From: an uncultured Dehalococcoidia bacterium
GTDB taxonomy: Bacteria; Chloroflexota; Dehalococcoidia; Lucifugimonadales; GCA-2712585
NCBI GenBank assembly: GCA_958295715.1
Contig: OY282371.1
Location: 1,175,261 to 1,239,260, forward strand
Length of the DNA: 64,000 nucleotides
Reading direction: 5' to 3'
Made by a program: the position numbers and the translations under genes. The notes under the pieces were generated by a model. The model did not search any database, was not told where the DNA came from, and worked only from the letters and a program-made list of their open reading frames with translations. Position 1 is the first letter of the stretch. Each line of letters starts with the position of its first letter. Below, piece by piece: positions 50,256-59,860 of this stretch.

Positions 50256-51026
50256 TCAACGGGCCTGCCTCACCTTGTCAATCTCCTCGGCCAAGGCGTC
50301 GGCGTCTATGCCGAGTTCAACGGCCCTGTCGGAGTCGGCCTGGGCTTCGGCGGCGTTCCCCAGTGCGGCGTGGGTGATGGCCCTGTGGGCGTAGGGGTCG
50401 TCAAAGTCGGGCTTCAGGCGAATGGCCGCGTCAAAGTCCTGAAGCGCCTCCTCAAACCTGTTTAGACCGAGCAGGGCGAACCCCCTGGCGTTATGGGCCT
50501 CCGCGTGGTTTGGACGAAGGCGCAGGGCCTCGTCGAAGTCCCTGATGGCGGATTCTAAGCGGCCCATGGAGCCGTAGACCCTGCCCCGCTCGAAGTAGGC
50601 GGCAGGCAGGTCGGGGTCGAGGGCGATGGCCGCGCTTAAGCTGCCCCGGGCTTCGTCATACTCGCCGCGCATACCGTGGGCCACGCCCTTCCCCATTAAG
50701 GCCTGCACGTGGTTTGGGTCCAGGTCGGTGGCGCCGTTGTACTCCCGTATGGCGGCTCCGAGGAGTCCCCGGTCAAAGAGGGCCTCGCCCCGTTGGAAAC
50801 GCTCCTCGGCGGAGAGGACGGGCGTCTGCTGGGGCGTGGCGCGCGTGGATGTGGGCGTTTCGTCGGGGACCGGCCCGTTCCCGCCTCCGGAGGTTGACGT
50901 GCGCGCCGGGATGGGGGACGGGTCGGCGCCGCCCCCGCATGAGGCGATGACTAGAAGGACGACCAGCAGGGCCGGCAGTAGGAGCCACGGCGCCGGGCGA
51001 TGTGTAGGTGGGCATTTTAGGCTAAT
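50256..51026 (-). CDS. TPR-repeat lipoprotein (probable ATT start)
   Basis: Frame stays open upstream of GTG 50708 through another TPR, a Pro/Thr linker and the signal LLLPALLVVLLVIASC. Confidence 0.72.
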   Translation of the reverse strand: MSLKCPPTHRPAPWLLLPALLVVLLVIASCGGGADPSPIPARTSTSGGGNGPVPDETPTSTRATPQQTPVLSAEERFQRGEALFDRGLLGAAIREYNGATDLDPNHVQALMGKGVAHGMRGEYDEARGSLSAAIALDPDLPAAYFERGRVYGSMGRLESAIRDFDEALRLRPNHAEAHNARGFALLGLNRFEEALQDFDAAIRLKPDFDDPYAHRAITHAALGNAAEAQADSDRAVELGIDADALAEEIDKVRQAR

Positions 51027-51141
51027 AGGACTGCTCCATTGGTTGGTTTATGGACTGCCGGTTCTCTTGTGGGCAGAGGGGCTATTTTCGCAGGAATGGC
51101 GGGATTAGGGAAGGGGGCGGCCTCCGGCGACGCCAACACAG

Positions 51142-51232
51142 GAACAACCCTCTTCAAAACTAAGTGGGCGCACGCGCCCTTCCCGCCTGCGCGGGAATGA
51201 CGGGAGGAGAGGGGCGGGAATGACGGATAGGA
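51142..51232 (-). repeat. Palindromic repeat cluster 8
   Basis: Inverted composite copy CTCTTCAAAACTAAGTGGGCGCACGCGCCCTTCCCGCCTGCGCGGGAATGAC plus a half-site. Confidence 0.9.
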
Positions 51233-51344
51233 TGGGGAAGCGACCATGGTCCTACTCCCCAATGCCGGATAAAGAGGGCGGCAAGGATGGGAGGGGGAAG
51301 CGGCCACCGTCCTATGCCGCCCTCTTTATGCTGCGCGGGGAGGG

Positions 51345-52715
51345 TCACCTGAAGGCGGGCAGGTTCTCGTCCAGGTATTCGTAGGCCCTGGCCAGTTGAC
51401 TGTCCCTGCTCATGAGCAGGTCTTCGCGGCTGAGGGGCGCCAGGATGTCCGGCACAATGCCATCCTGAATTATCGCCTTGCCCGAGGGGGTGTGCCACCG
51501 GGAGACGGGGAAGAGGAGGGCGCCGCCGTTGCTGAGTCCGGCGTAGCTGTTGGTGAAACCCCGGCCTCTGGTGGTGTCGCCGATGACGATGCCCCTGCCG
51601 GAGTCCTGCAACGCCCCCGCGAGGGCCTCGGCGGCCTCCGCCGTGCCCTCGTTCACCAGCACGACCAACCGGATGTCGGGGTTGAGGGCGCCGCTGGCGT
51701 CTATGGAGAGGTCCGTTCGCTGCTGGAGGTTGTCTATCTCGTAGAGGAAGAGGCCCTCGGGGAGGAACTGGGCGGCCACGTCTCGGGCCACGTTGAGGGG
51801 ACCCTCCTCATTGCTCCGGAGGTCCAACACCATGCCCAGGGTTTCCAACTGGTTGAAGGTCTCGAGGGCGTCTAGCACCTCGTTCATGGTGTTCTCGCCA
51901 AAGGACTTGATGTAGAGGTAGCCGACGGAGCTGGGCAGCAGGGACATGTCCACGGTGGGGATGTCCAGCAGGGCGCGGGTGACGGTCACCTCCCTGGGTT
52001 CGCTTTCGGTGGCGCGGTTAATGAGGAAGGAGACCCTGGTTCCCGCAGAGCCTTTGATGTTGGCGGCGGCCTCTGCCAGGCTGCGGCCGGCCACCGGCTG
52101 GTCGTTGACTTCAAGGATCACGTCGTTGCGCTGGAGGCCGGCCCTCTCGGCCGGGCCGCCGCTCACGAGGGAGACGACGGTTAGGCTGCCGTCTTCAATG
52201 CCGATAACGGCCCCCACGCCCTCGTAGCTGGTGTCAGTCCGCTCCTGGGACATCCGGTAGGCCTCGGGGGTCAGGTAGGCGCTGACGTTGTCATCCAGGG
52301 ACTGCATCATGCTCCGGAGAGCGGCCTCGGCGAGGAGGTTGGAGTCAACTTCGGGCCACGTGTCGCGGACGAGGGTCCAGGCGCGCCACACGTCTTCCAG
52401 CCCGTCGGGGACCTCGGCGGGGGGACGACGGCGCACGTTGTCCAACTGGGTTAGAAAGGGGTACGCGGGCTTTTCCGCAAAGTCGAGCATTCCCAGGATG
52501 ATGTCGCCGGAAACGGCCTCTGCATCCAAGGAGGCGGTGTTTACGTATGACTTATTGACGACCTCCCAACCCTCCCAAACGACGGCCTCAGGGCTGAACG
52601 CGGGGGCCTCCCGGCGGGTGAAGCAGCCGGAGAGGATGATAAGGAGCGCGCCGCATGAAAGGACTAGAAGGGCGAGGGACTTGAGCTTACGGCCTGTTGT
52701 TATTGAAGCTATCAT
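51345..52715 (-). CDS. S41/CtpA-like PDZ lipoprotein with substituted catalytic residues
   Basis: YEGVG PDZ motif, DLRSN, TAEAAE and TRGRG; LSGC lipobox. Confidence 0.85.
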   Translation of the reverse strand: MIASITTGRKLKSLALLVLSCGALLIILSGCFTRREAPAFSPEAVVWEGWEVVNKSYVNTASLDAEAVSGDIILGMLDFAEKPAYPFLTQLDNVRRRPPAEVPDGLEDVWRAWTLVRDTWPEVDSNLLAEAALRSMMQSLDDNVSAYLTPEAYRMSQERTDTSYEGVGAVIGIEDGSLTVVSLVSGGPAERAGLQRNDVILEVNDQPVAGRSLAEAAANIKGSAGTRVSFLINRATESEPREVTVTRALLDIPTVDMSLLPSSVGYLYIKSFGENTMNEVLDALETFNQLETLGMVLDLRSNEEGPLNVARDVAAQFLPEGLFLYEIDNLQQRTDLSIDASGALNPDIRLVVLVNEGTAEAAEALAGALQDSGRGIVIGDTTRGRGFTNSYAGLSNGGALLFPVSRWHTPSGKAIIQDGIVPDILAPLSREDLLMSRDSQLARAYEYLDENLPAFR

Positions 52716-52833
52716 ATGCCTGCCATGACCTCCGAATGGTGAGCGCTTGATAGGCGCGGGGCTGTGACTTGCGTCAAATTTGTTACGTATTGTAGCATCC
52801 AACGGATTGATTTAGAATTCAGAGGCTAGAGAG

Positions 52834-54606
52834 ATGAAGTTTACCCGTTCAACGCACTTGAACCAAGGTCAGGCTATCAAGGGGGCCGGCAAGTCCATAG
52901 CGTCCCGGTTGTGGATGGCGCTGCTCGTGGGGTTGGTCCTGGCCGCCGCGGCCTGCGCGCCGAGGGCCGGCGACGACGCCACGGAGCCAGCGACCACGGC
53001 GGCAACGGCCGCCCCGGGGCAGGCGGCCACCGGCCAGGCATCCACCCCGGCGGCGGCGACGGCCGCGCCAGCCCCGGCAGGCGGCGGGGAGTCGCGGAGC
53101 GGCTATGAGAGGGGAACCCTGCGTCGCCTCTACTCCGACCCGCCGACCCTGGACCCGCACCTGGCCACCGACGCCACGTCGTCGGCCATCATCGTGGAGG
53201 TGTTCGGCGGGCTGGTGACCATCGACCTCGACCTGAAGGTGGCCCCGGACGTCGCGAGGGACTGGTTGGTGAGCGACGATGGGCTGGTGTACACCTTCTA
53301 CCTGCGGGAAGACGCCGTGTTCCACGACGGCAAGCCCATTACGGCTCACGACTTCAAGTGGTCCCTAGAGCGGGCCACCGACGTGGTGACGGAGGCCCTC
53401 GGCGTGGAGCAGTACCTTGGCGACATTGTGGGCGTGGACGCGAAGGTGAGCGGGGAGGCGCGGGAGGTGTCGGGCGTGAGGGCCGTTGACGACCACACGC
53501 TGGAGATAACTATAGACGAGCCCAAGTCCTACTTCCTGTCCAAGCTCACCTATCCCATAGCCTTCGTGCTGGACAGGGAGAACGTGGAGTCGGGGAACCG
53601 GTGGGTGAGGACGCCCAACGGCTCAGGGCCTTTCAAGCTGGAGGAGTACGTGCCCGGCGAGCGGATAACGCTGGCGCGGAATCCCAACTATCACCTGGGC
53701 CCGCCGCATCTTGAGCGGGTGAGGCTCATCCTGAGCGGCGGCACCTCTATGCTGATGTACGAGAACGACGAGATAGACGTGACGGGTATCGGCCTTGCTG
53801 ACTTGGACCGGATTCTGGACCCCAACCACAGCCTGAACTCGGAGTTGATGACGAGCGCCCCGTCCTTCAGCACCACCTACATCGGCATGAACACCACCAT
53901 GCCGCCCTTTGACGACGTGAAGGTGCGCCAGGCGTTGAACTACGCCATCAACCGAGAGGAGATAGCAAGCCTGGTGCTGGCCGACCTGGTGGAGCCCGCC
54001 AAGGGCATCCTGCCGCCGGGGTTTCCCGGCTACAACCCCGACCTGCCGGGGTACGAGTACAACCCTGAGAAGGCGCAGCAGCTTCTGGCCGAGTCCAAGT
54101 ACGCCGGCAACATTGATGACTACCCGATAGTGTTGACCGTCGCGGGGGGCCTCGGGGCGTCGGTGGACCTGGACTTGGAGAGCATCACGCGCTCGTGGAG
54201 CGAGATCCTTGGGGTGGACGTGCAGTTCCAGCAGACGGAGTGGGCCACGTATCTACAGGACCTCTACAAGAACCGGTTCGACATGTTCCAAGTGGGATGG
54301 GTGGCGGACTACCCCGATCCTCAGAACTTCCTGGACATCCTGTTCCACAGCGAGAGCAGCAACAACCATACCCAGTACAGCAACCCGGAGGTTGACCGGC
54401 TCCTAGAGCAGGCCCGCACGGAGAGAGACCAGGCGACCCGCTTCAGGCTCTACCAGGAGGCGGAGGCCATTATAGTTGACGAGGCGCCTTGGGCGTCCCT
54501 GTGGCACAGCGGCGAGCGGTACACCCTGGTGAAGCCGTGGATCAATGACTACTACCAACTGCAATTGATCATCCCCAAACTGCGATTCGTCCGCCTAACG
54601 GAGTAG
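52834..54606 (+). CDS. oppA: Peptide ABC transporter substrate-binding lipoprotein
   Basis: AAAC lipobox, DPPTLDP, GSGPFKL, VRQAL and W.ADYPDP motifs; start may be later. Confidence 0.88.
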   Translation: MKFTRSTHLNQGQAIKGAGKSIASRLWMALLVGLVLAAAACAPRAGDDATEPATTAATAAPGQAATGQASTPAAATAAPAPAGGGESRSGYERGTLRRLYSDPPTLDPHLATDATSSAIIVEVFGGLVTIDLDLKVAPDVARDWLVSDDGLVYTFYLREDAVFHDGKPITAHDFKWSLERATDVVTEALGVEQYLGDIVGVDAKVSGEAREVSGVRAVDDHTLEITIDEPKSYFLSKLTYPIAFVLDRENVESGNRWVRTPNGSGPFKLEEYVPGERITLARNPNYHLGPPHLERVRLILSGGTSMLMYENDEIDVTGIGLADLDRILDPNHSLNSELMTSAPSFSTTYIGMNTTMPPFDDVKVRQALNYAINREEIASLVLADLVEPAKGILPPGFPGYNPDLPGYEYNPEKAQQLLAESKYAGNIDDYPIVLTVAGGLGASVDLDLESITRSWSEILGVDVQFQQTEWATYLQDLYKNRFDMFQVGWVADYPDPQNFLDILFHSESSNNHTQYSNPEVDRLLEQARTERDQATRFRLYQEAEAIIVDEAPWASLWHSGERYTLVKPWINDYYQLQLIIPKLRFVRLTE

Positions 54607-54621
54607 GCCGCCGCCGCTTTC

Positions 54622-55548
54622 ATGGGGGCCTACGTATTAAGACGGCTGGCCTGGACGCCGGTCCTGCTCATGGTAGTGGCCTTCATTACCTTTCTGTTGG
54701 GCGTCTACGGCCCGGGAGACCCGGTGGAGGTGCTGCAAGGCCAGTACAACAATCCGGAAGTGGTGGAACGCATCCGCGAGCGGCGCGGGCTGAACAGGAA
54801 CGTGTTCGTCCAGTACGCCGTTTATGTCAAGAACATCTTCCAAGGCGACCTGGGGGAGAGCTTCAAGTACCGCGGCCGGACGGTGAGCGAGTTGATATGG
54901 AAGCGGATGTGGGTGTCGGCGCAGCTGGGGATGGCGGCTTCCATCATATCGGTGGCCCTGGGCATACCCTTAGGCGTCTACGCGGCTATGAAGCAGGGCA
55001 CGTGGGCCGACGTGACGACGGTGAGCGCGACCCTGTTGTTCATGTCCCTGCCGGTGTTCATCACGGCGCCGGTGCTGCTGCTGACCTTGGGCCTGTGGCT
55101 GGGCATACTTCCCATATCGGGTTGGGGAGGGTTCTTTGACCCGCGCATAGTGATGCCGGCCCTGGCCCTGGGCGTCCCCGGCATAGCGGTTATCACCCGG
55201 CTGACGCGGGCAAGCACCCTGGAGGTCCTGTCCCAGGATTACGTGCGTACGGCGCGGGCCAAGGGGCTAAGTGAGTTCGTGGTGAGGCGGCGCCACATCT
55301 TGAGGAACTCGCTCATACCCGTTTTCACGGTGGTGGGGCTTTCCCTGGCCACGCTGGTGGAGGGGGCCTTCATAACCGAGGGGTACTTCGGGATTCCGGG
55401 GATAGGCAGCCTGGCCATCGAGTCCTTCTTCTCGCGGGACTACCCCGTCATCACGGCCCTGGCCCTGGTCATCGCCGCGGCCTTTGTCGCGGCCAACCTG
55501 ATTGTCGACATCGGATACCGGTTCCTCGACCCCCGGATAAGGTACTAG
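54622..55548 (+). CDS. oppB: Peptide ABC permease
   Basis: PGDP, GDLG.S, DYVRTARAKGL and LDPRIR motifs. Confidence 0.9.
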   Translation: MGAYVLRRLAWTPVLLMVVAFITFLLGVYGPGDPVEVLQGQYNNPEVVERIRERRGLNRNVFVQYAVYVKNIFQGDLGESFKYRGRTVSELIWKRMWVSAQLGMAASIISVALGIPLGVYAAMKQGTWADVTTVSATLLFMSLPVFITAPVLLLTLGLWLGILPISGWGGFFDPRIVMPALALGVPGIAVITRLTRASTLEVLSQDYVRTARAKGLSEFVVRRRHILRNSLIPVFTVVGLSLATLVEGAFITEGYFGIPGIGSLAIESFFSRDYPVITALALVIAAAFVAANLIVDIGYRFLDPRIRY

Positions 55549-55564
55549 GGAGCCACGCCGGGGA

Positions 55565-56554
55565 ATGGCAAGGGCAGAGACGGATACGGGGCTGCCGGAG
55601 ACGGGCGGGGGGTCGGGGAGCCTGTGGGCCCTGGCCCTGCGGCGGCTGATTCGCAACAAGATAGCCTTGGCCTGCATGACGGTGATAGGCGTGATGTATC
55701 TCGCGGGGACGCTTACCATCTTCACGTCGCCCACGCCCTACGGCTACAACGACCAGGACCTCCGCAAGGAGTCGGTGAAGCAGGGGCCGAGCCTGAGCCA
55801 TCCCTTTGGCACCGACAGGCTGGGAAGGGACCTGCTGACGCGGGTCATCTACGGCCTGCGCACCACGGTTATCATCACGGTGGCGGGGATGCTGACGGGC
55901 GGGTTGTTCCTGGGCGTCGGGCTGGGCCTGATAGCCGGGTATTTCGGGCGGTGGATGGACGCGGTCATCATGCGGGTGGGGGAGGTGTTCTTAGCCTTCC
56001 CCGGGCTGCTGCTGGTCATGCTCATCGCGGCCACGGTGAAGCCGCGGGTGAAGGACTGGGCCCAGGGGTGGTCGGGCGGCCTCGAGCGGCTCACGGGCAT
56101 AGACATCATACAGTTGGGCGTGGTGGACTACGTGGTCATCTTCGGCGCCCTGTCGGCCTTCTCGTGGGTGGGCATGGCGCGGCTGGTGAGGGGGCAGGTC
56201 CTCTACGTGAAGGGAAGCCAGTACATAGAGGCGGCCATGGCCATGGGAGCGTCCAACCGGCGCATCCTGCTGTCCCACGTGCTGCCCAACATCATCAGCC
56301 CGGTGATAGTGGTCGTGTCCATGGGCATGGGGGCGACGGCGGGGTCGGAGATAGTGCTTAGCTGGCTTGGAATCGGTATCCAGCCTCCGACGCCGAGTTT
56401 GGGCGTGATGATATTTCAGAACGGGAACATCAGCGTCCTGCGGTCGGACCCGCACCTAATCCTATTCCCGGTGCTGACGGTCACGGCCCTGATTTTCGCC
56501 TTCAACCTGCTGGGCGACGCCCTGAACGACGCCTTTAACCCTCGCACCCGGTGA
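55565..56554 (+). CDS. oppC: Peptide ABC permease
   Basis: HPFGTD.LGRD, YIEAA.A.G, H.LPN and NLLGDAL.DA motifs. Confidence 0.9.
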   Translation: MARAETDTGLPETGGGSGSLWALALRRLIRNKIALACMTVIGVMYLAGTLTIFTSPTPYGYNDQDLRKESVKQGPSLSHPFGTDRLGRDLLTRVIYGLRTTVIITVAGMLTGGLFLGVGLGLIAGYFGRWMDAVIMRVGEVFLAFPGLLLVMLIAATVKPRVKDWAQGWSGGLERLTGIDIIQLGVVDYVVIFGALSAFSWVGMARLVRGQVLYVKGSQYIEAAMAMGASNRRILLSHVLPNIISPVIVVVSMGMGATAGSEIVLSWLGIGIQPPTPSLGVMIFQNGNISVLRSDPHLILFPVLTVTALIFAFNLLGDALNDAFNPRTR

Positions 56555-57074
56555 GGGGCCAGTTCAAGCAGGACTCAGGCCGCTGGGCGACGCCCTGAAC
56601 GACGCCTTTAACCCTGTTCCCGGCGCTGACGGTCACGGCCCTGATTTTCGCCTTCAACCTGCCGGGCGACGCCCTGAACGACGCGTTTAACCCACGGACC
56701 CGGTGAGGGGCTATTCAAGCAGGACTCAACCTGGCGGGCGACGCCCTGAACGACGCCTTTAATCCACGCACCCGGTGAGGGGCTAGTTCAGGCAGGACTC
56801 AGGCCGCTGGGGGACGCCCTGAACGACGCGTTTAACCCACGCACCCGCTGAGGCGACAGTTCAAGCAGGACTCAGGCGGCTAGAAGACGCCCTGAACGAC
56901 ACCTTTAATCCACAGACTCGGTGAGGCGCCAGTTCAAGCAGGACTCAACCTGCTGGGCGACGCCCTGAACGACGCGTTTAACCCACGCACCCGGTGAGGG
57001 GCCAGTTCAAGCAGGACTCAGGCTGCTGGCCGACGCCCTGAGCGACGCGTTTAATCCACGGACACGGTGAGGGG
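56508..57074 (+). repeat. ~73-bp tandem array x8 of the oppC 3' end
   Basis: GACGCCCTGA(A/G)CGAC at 56516, 56589, 56668, 56740, 56813, 56886, 56959 and 57032. Confidence 0.95.
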
Positions 57075-57103
57075 CAGGGAGTCCGCCGGCGGCCGGCCCT
57101 TGG

Positions 57104-58480
57104 CTACTTGGGCCTTCTGATGCGGCGCAGGGGCAGAAGTCCGAGGGGGCCGGCGAGGGCCAGCAACAGAAAGGGTTCCACCGGCGCGTTGGCGTTGGGC
57201 CCGCCGCCGCGTCCACAACCGGGGCTGCGGGACGCTTCCTCCTCCTTGGGCGCAGGCGTCCCCGTGGGTTCGGGAACGGGGGTGGCCTCGGCCAGGGCCG
57301 GGGTTGGGGGTGGAGGGGTGGAGGGAACCGTTGGCGCGGCGGGGGCGGCGTCCTCCGCAAAGGGCCTTAGTCCCATGCGCGAACGCCATTGAGTGTCCAG
57401 CCCATGCTGGTCGAAGCCGTAGACGGCCATCATAGCGTCGTCAACGGAAAGCCGCTGGTCTAGGGCGTCCATCAGGAGGCTGATTTTATCCTCGCCGTAT
57501 GCCCCGATGAGGTAAGAGACCACGGAGCTTGAGTGCCCGTAGGCGATGACGATGTCGTTGGGGTCGCCGCGGAAGCTGGAGAGGTGGGCCAGGGGCTTGA
57601 GGCGGCGGGTGTAGATGCCGTAGAGGAGGGCGTTCTCGTAGCTTTCGCTGGGAGACGTGTTGCCGAACTCCGCAAGCCCCTCGTTGAGCCAGGCGGGAAC
57701 GAGCCTCTCGGCCCTCCCGGCGGCGTCATCCACCAGGACGTGGATGATTTCGTGGGCGGTAATGCCTTCAATCCCCTCGTCGGAGGCCAGCACCAGGAGG
57801 ACCCTTAGGTTGGTGAAGGCCTGGCCCTGGGTTACGAGGCCTTCGCGCACAGACTGGGACCTGGGCGGCAGGGCCGAGGCCATGTGCCTGTAGTTGCTGT
57901 AGGCCATTATGTTAATAGGCTCAACCTCGTCCAAGCCCAGGATTCCGGACATTTTCCCGGTGGCGCTGATGGAGGCGGCAAGTATAATCTCGGCGCGGGT
58001 CTCGGTGGGGCCGTAGTAGTAAACGGTCACGGGGCCTTCGGAGATGGAGTCCCACTCAAAGCGTGAGTCGATATAAACGAACTCCTTCTCCTCGGTCGTG
58101 AGGGTGTTTCCGGCCTGGTCGGTGACCTCGTAAGAGTAGCTGAAGGTCGTGCCCGGCGGTATAAAGGCGACCCCGCTCTGGCCGCCTACGCTGGTGTCTA
58201 GGAAGAAGCTGCCGGCGGCTCCGGAGCCTGTGGCCTCAATATCCAGGTGGCCGTAGGCGGTGGTCCGCTCTCCGCGGGACGTGTAGAAGACCCTGACGTC
58301 GTCAATGGGCACCGGGCTTTGGAGGGACAGTTCGAAGGAGATGCCGTCGGGGAATTGGCTGGTGACCTCATCGGACAGGACGACGATGTTCCCCCCCTCG
58401 TCGGCGGAGGCCAAGGCGCCGGGTAGGAGCAGGGCAAGCATCACGGCCGCCAAGGCCGCAAGTGTGCGAAAGGCCGTCAC
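57104..58480 (-). CDS. Secreted peptidase MA-like (gluzincin) protein with C-terminal anchor
   Basis: Signal peptide, HEIIH and WLNEGLAE motifs; Pro-rich linker, GC..GGG, TM helix, basic tail. Confidence 0.85.
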   Translation of the reverse strand: MTAFRTLAALAAVMLALLLPGALASADEGGNIVVLSDEVTSQFPDGISFELSLQSPVPIDDVRVFYTSRGERTTAYGHLDIEATGSGAAGSFFLDTSVGGQSGVAFIPPGTTFSYSYEVTDQAGNTLTTEEKEFVYIDSRFEWDSISEGPVTVYYYGPTETRAEIILAASISATGKMSGILGLDEVEPINIMAYSNYRHMASALPPRSQSVREGLVTQGQAFTNLRVLLVLASDEGIEGITAHEIIHVLVDDAAGRAERLVPAWLNEGLAEFGNTSPSESYENALLYGIYTRRLKPLAHLSSFRGDPNDIVIAYGHSSSVVSYLIGAYGEDKISLLMDALDQRLSVDDAMMAVYGFDQHGLDTQWRSRMGLRPFAEDAAPAAPTVPSTPPPPTPALAEATPVPEPTGTPAPKEEEASRSPGCGRGGGPNANAPVEPFLLLALAGPLGLLPLRRIRRPK

Positions 58481-58620
58481 GCTGCGCTCATCCCCCTTGA
58501 GTAGCTAAGTATGGTTTTAGGAAGCCGTGCATCGTGGCTTTGATGAGTCTACGTCTGAACTCCCCGGAAGGATTGCCGGCATGGGAACCCGGCGCCGAGC
58601 CGTTTCCCGCCTAAAGGAGG

Positions 58621-59772
58621 TTACCAGTTTATGAACATCGGCATGACCAGATGCAGGTAGTCATCAGAGTCGGGGGCCTTGAAGACCCCGGCGCGGGAGG
58701 GGCCGCTGGTTTGAATGCAGACCTGCTCGGTGGCCATGGCCGCCAGCACGTCGATGAGATAGGCGCTGTTGAAGGCTATCTTGGCCTCCTCACCCTCAAT
58801 GTCGCCATCAACGTCAATAGTGTTCTCCCCCAACTCCTCCGCGCGGGCCGAGATGGTGATTCTGCCGGGGGAGCCGTCGACGCCGGGGGTCATCAGCAGC
58901 CTTACGATGTTGTTGCTGTCGCGGGCGAATATGGCGGCCGACCTGGAGGCGGCCAGCATGTCCGAAAGGTTTATCACCGCCTGGGCCGTGGTGTCCTTCA
59001 TGGCGTCGGCCAGCAGGTCCGCATAGGGGGGGAAGTTACCCTGGATTATCTGGGAAACCAACTCTATGTTGTCCAGCTTGAACAGGGCCTGGGACTTGGA
59101 GGAGGAGACGAGTATCAGCAAGGTCTGGTCCTTGTCGTCAAGGAAGCGGTTAAGCTCGTTCAGGGTTCGGGCCGGGATGATGAAGCTGACCGGTTCGGCA
59201 GCCGCGCGGTTGACCTTCCCACTGTGAACGGCGAGGCGGAATCCGTCGGCGGCGGCGAGGGTGAGCCGGTCGCCCTCAACCTCCACCTTTATGCCTGCGA
59301 GGACGGGGCGGGACTCCTCCGTGGCGGCGGCGAAGGCCGTTTGGCCGATGGCCCGTCTGATGTCGCCGCCGTCCATCTGAACCTCAGTCCCCTCGTCAGA
59401 GGAGACGGAGGGAATGGGCGGGAACTCCTCGGCGTCCGTGCCGCTTATGCGGGCCTTGAAGCGGCCGCTCTGGAGGCTCATGCCCTTGTTGGGCCGCTCG
59501 GAGGTGGCGATCTCTATGGTTCCCGTGGGAAGGGAGCCTATGAACTCGGTGAGGAGGCGGGCGGGCACGGTTATAGACCCCTCCTCCTCTATCATTGCGC
59601 CGACCCAGGTGGTGATGCCGATTTCCAGGTTGGTGGCCGAAAGCTTGAGCATACCGCCATCAGTGGACAGAAGAACGTTTTGGGTGATGGGCAAGGTGGC
59701 CCTGACAGCCACGGCGCGGCCCACCACGGCCAAGCCCTGGCTGAGGTTCTCCTGAAGACACGACAACTTCAT
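58621..59772 (-). CDS. dnaN: DNA polymerase III beta clamp
   Basis: ATNLE, EEFP, ESRPVL.G, AADGFRLA, FN..YL and MPM motifs. Confidence 0.96.
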   Translation of the reverse strand: MKLSCLQENLSQGLAVVGRAVAVRATLPITQNVLLSTDGGMLKLSATNLEIGITTWVGAMIEEEGSITVPARLLTEFIGSLPTGTIEIATSERPNKGMSLQSGRFKARISGTDAEEFPPIPSVSSDEGTEVQMDGGDIRRAIGQTAFAAATEESRPVLAGIKVEVEGDRLTLAAADGFRLAVHSGKVNRAAAEPVSFIIPARTLNELNRFLDDKDQTLLILVSSSKSQALFKLDNIELVSQIIQGNFPPYADLLADAMKDTTAQAVINLSDMLAASRSAAIFARDSNNIVRLLMTPGVDGSPGRITISARAEELGENTIDVDGDIEGEEAKIAFNSAYLIDVLAAMATEQVCIQTSGPSRAGVFKAPDSDDYLHLVMPMFINW

Positions 59773-59860
59773 AGAGCAGTCCTCCCTGTGGAAGTGGAAG
59801 TATCATAAGCGGTAGTGGATAAGGCGTCAACACGGCGCCAGGGCGGCGGCGGCCCTGCGC

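Noticed and set aside
56508-57074. CRISPR array
   Set aside because: The whole unit repeats, there are no unique spacers, the unit derives from oppC coding sequence, and no cas genes are present.
59814-59822. oriC upstream of dnaN
   Set aside because: Only one 8/9 DnaA-box match (TTATCCACT), no dnaA, and no evident skew change here.
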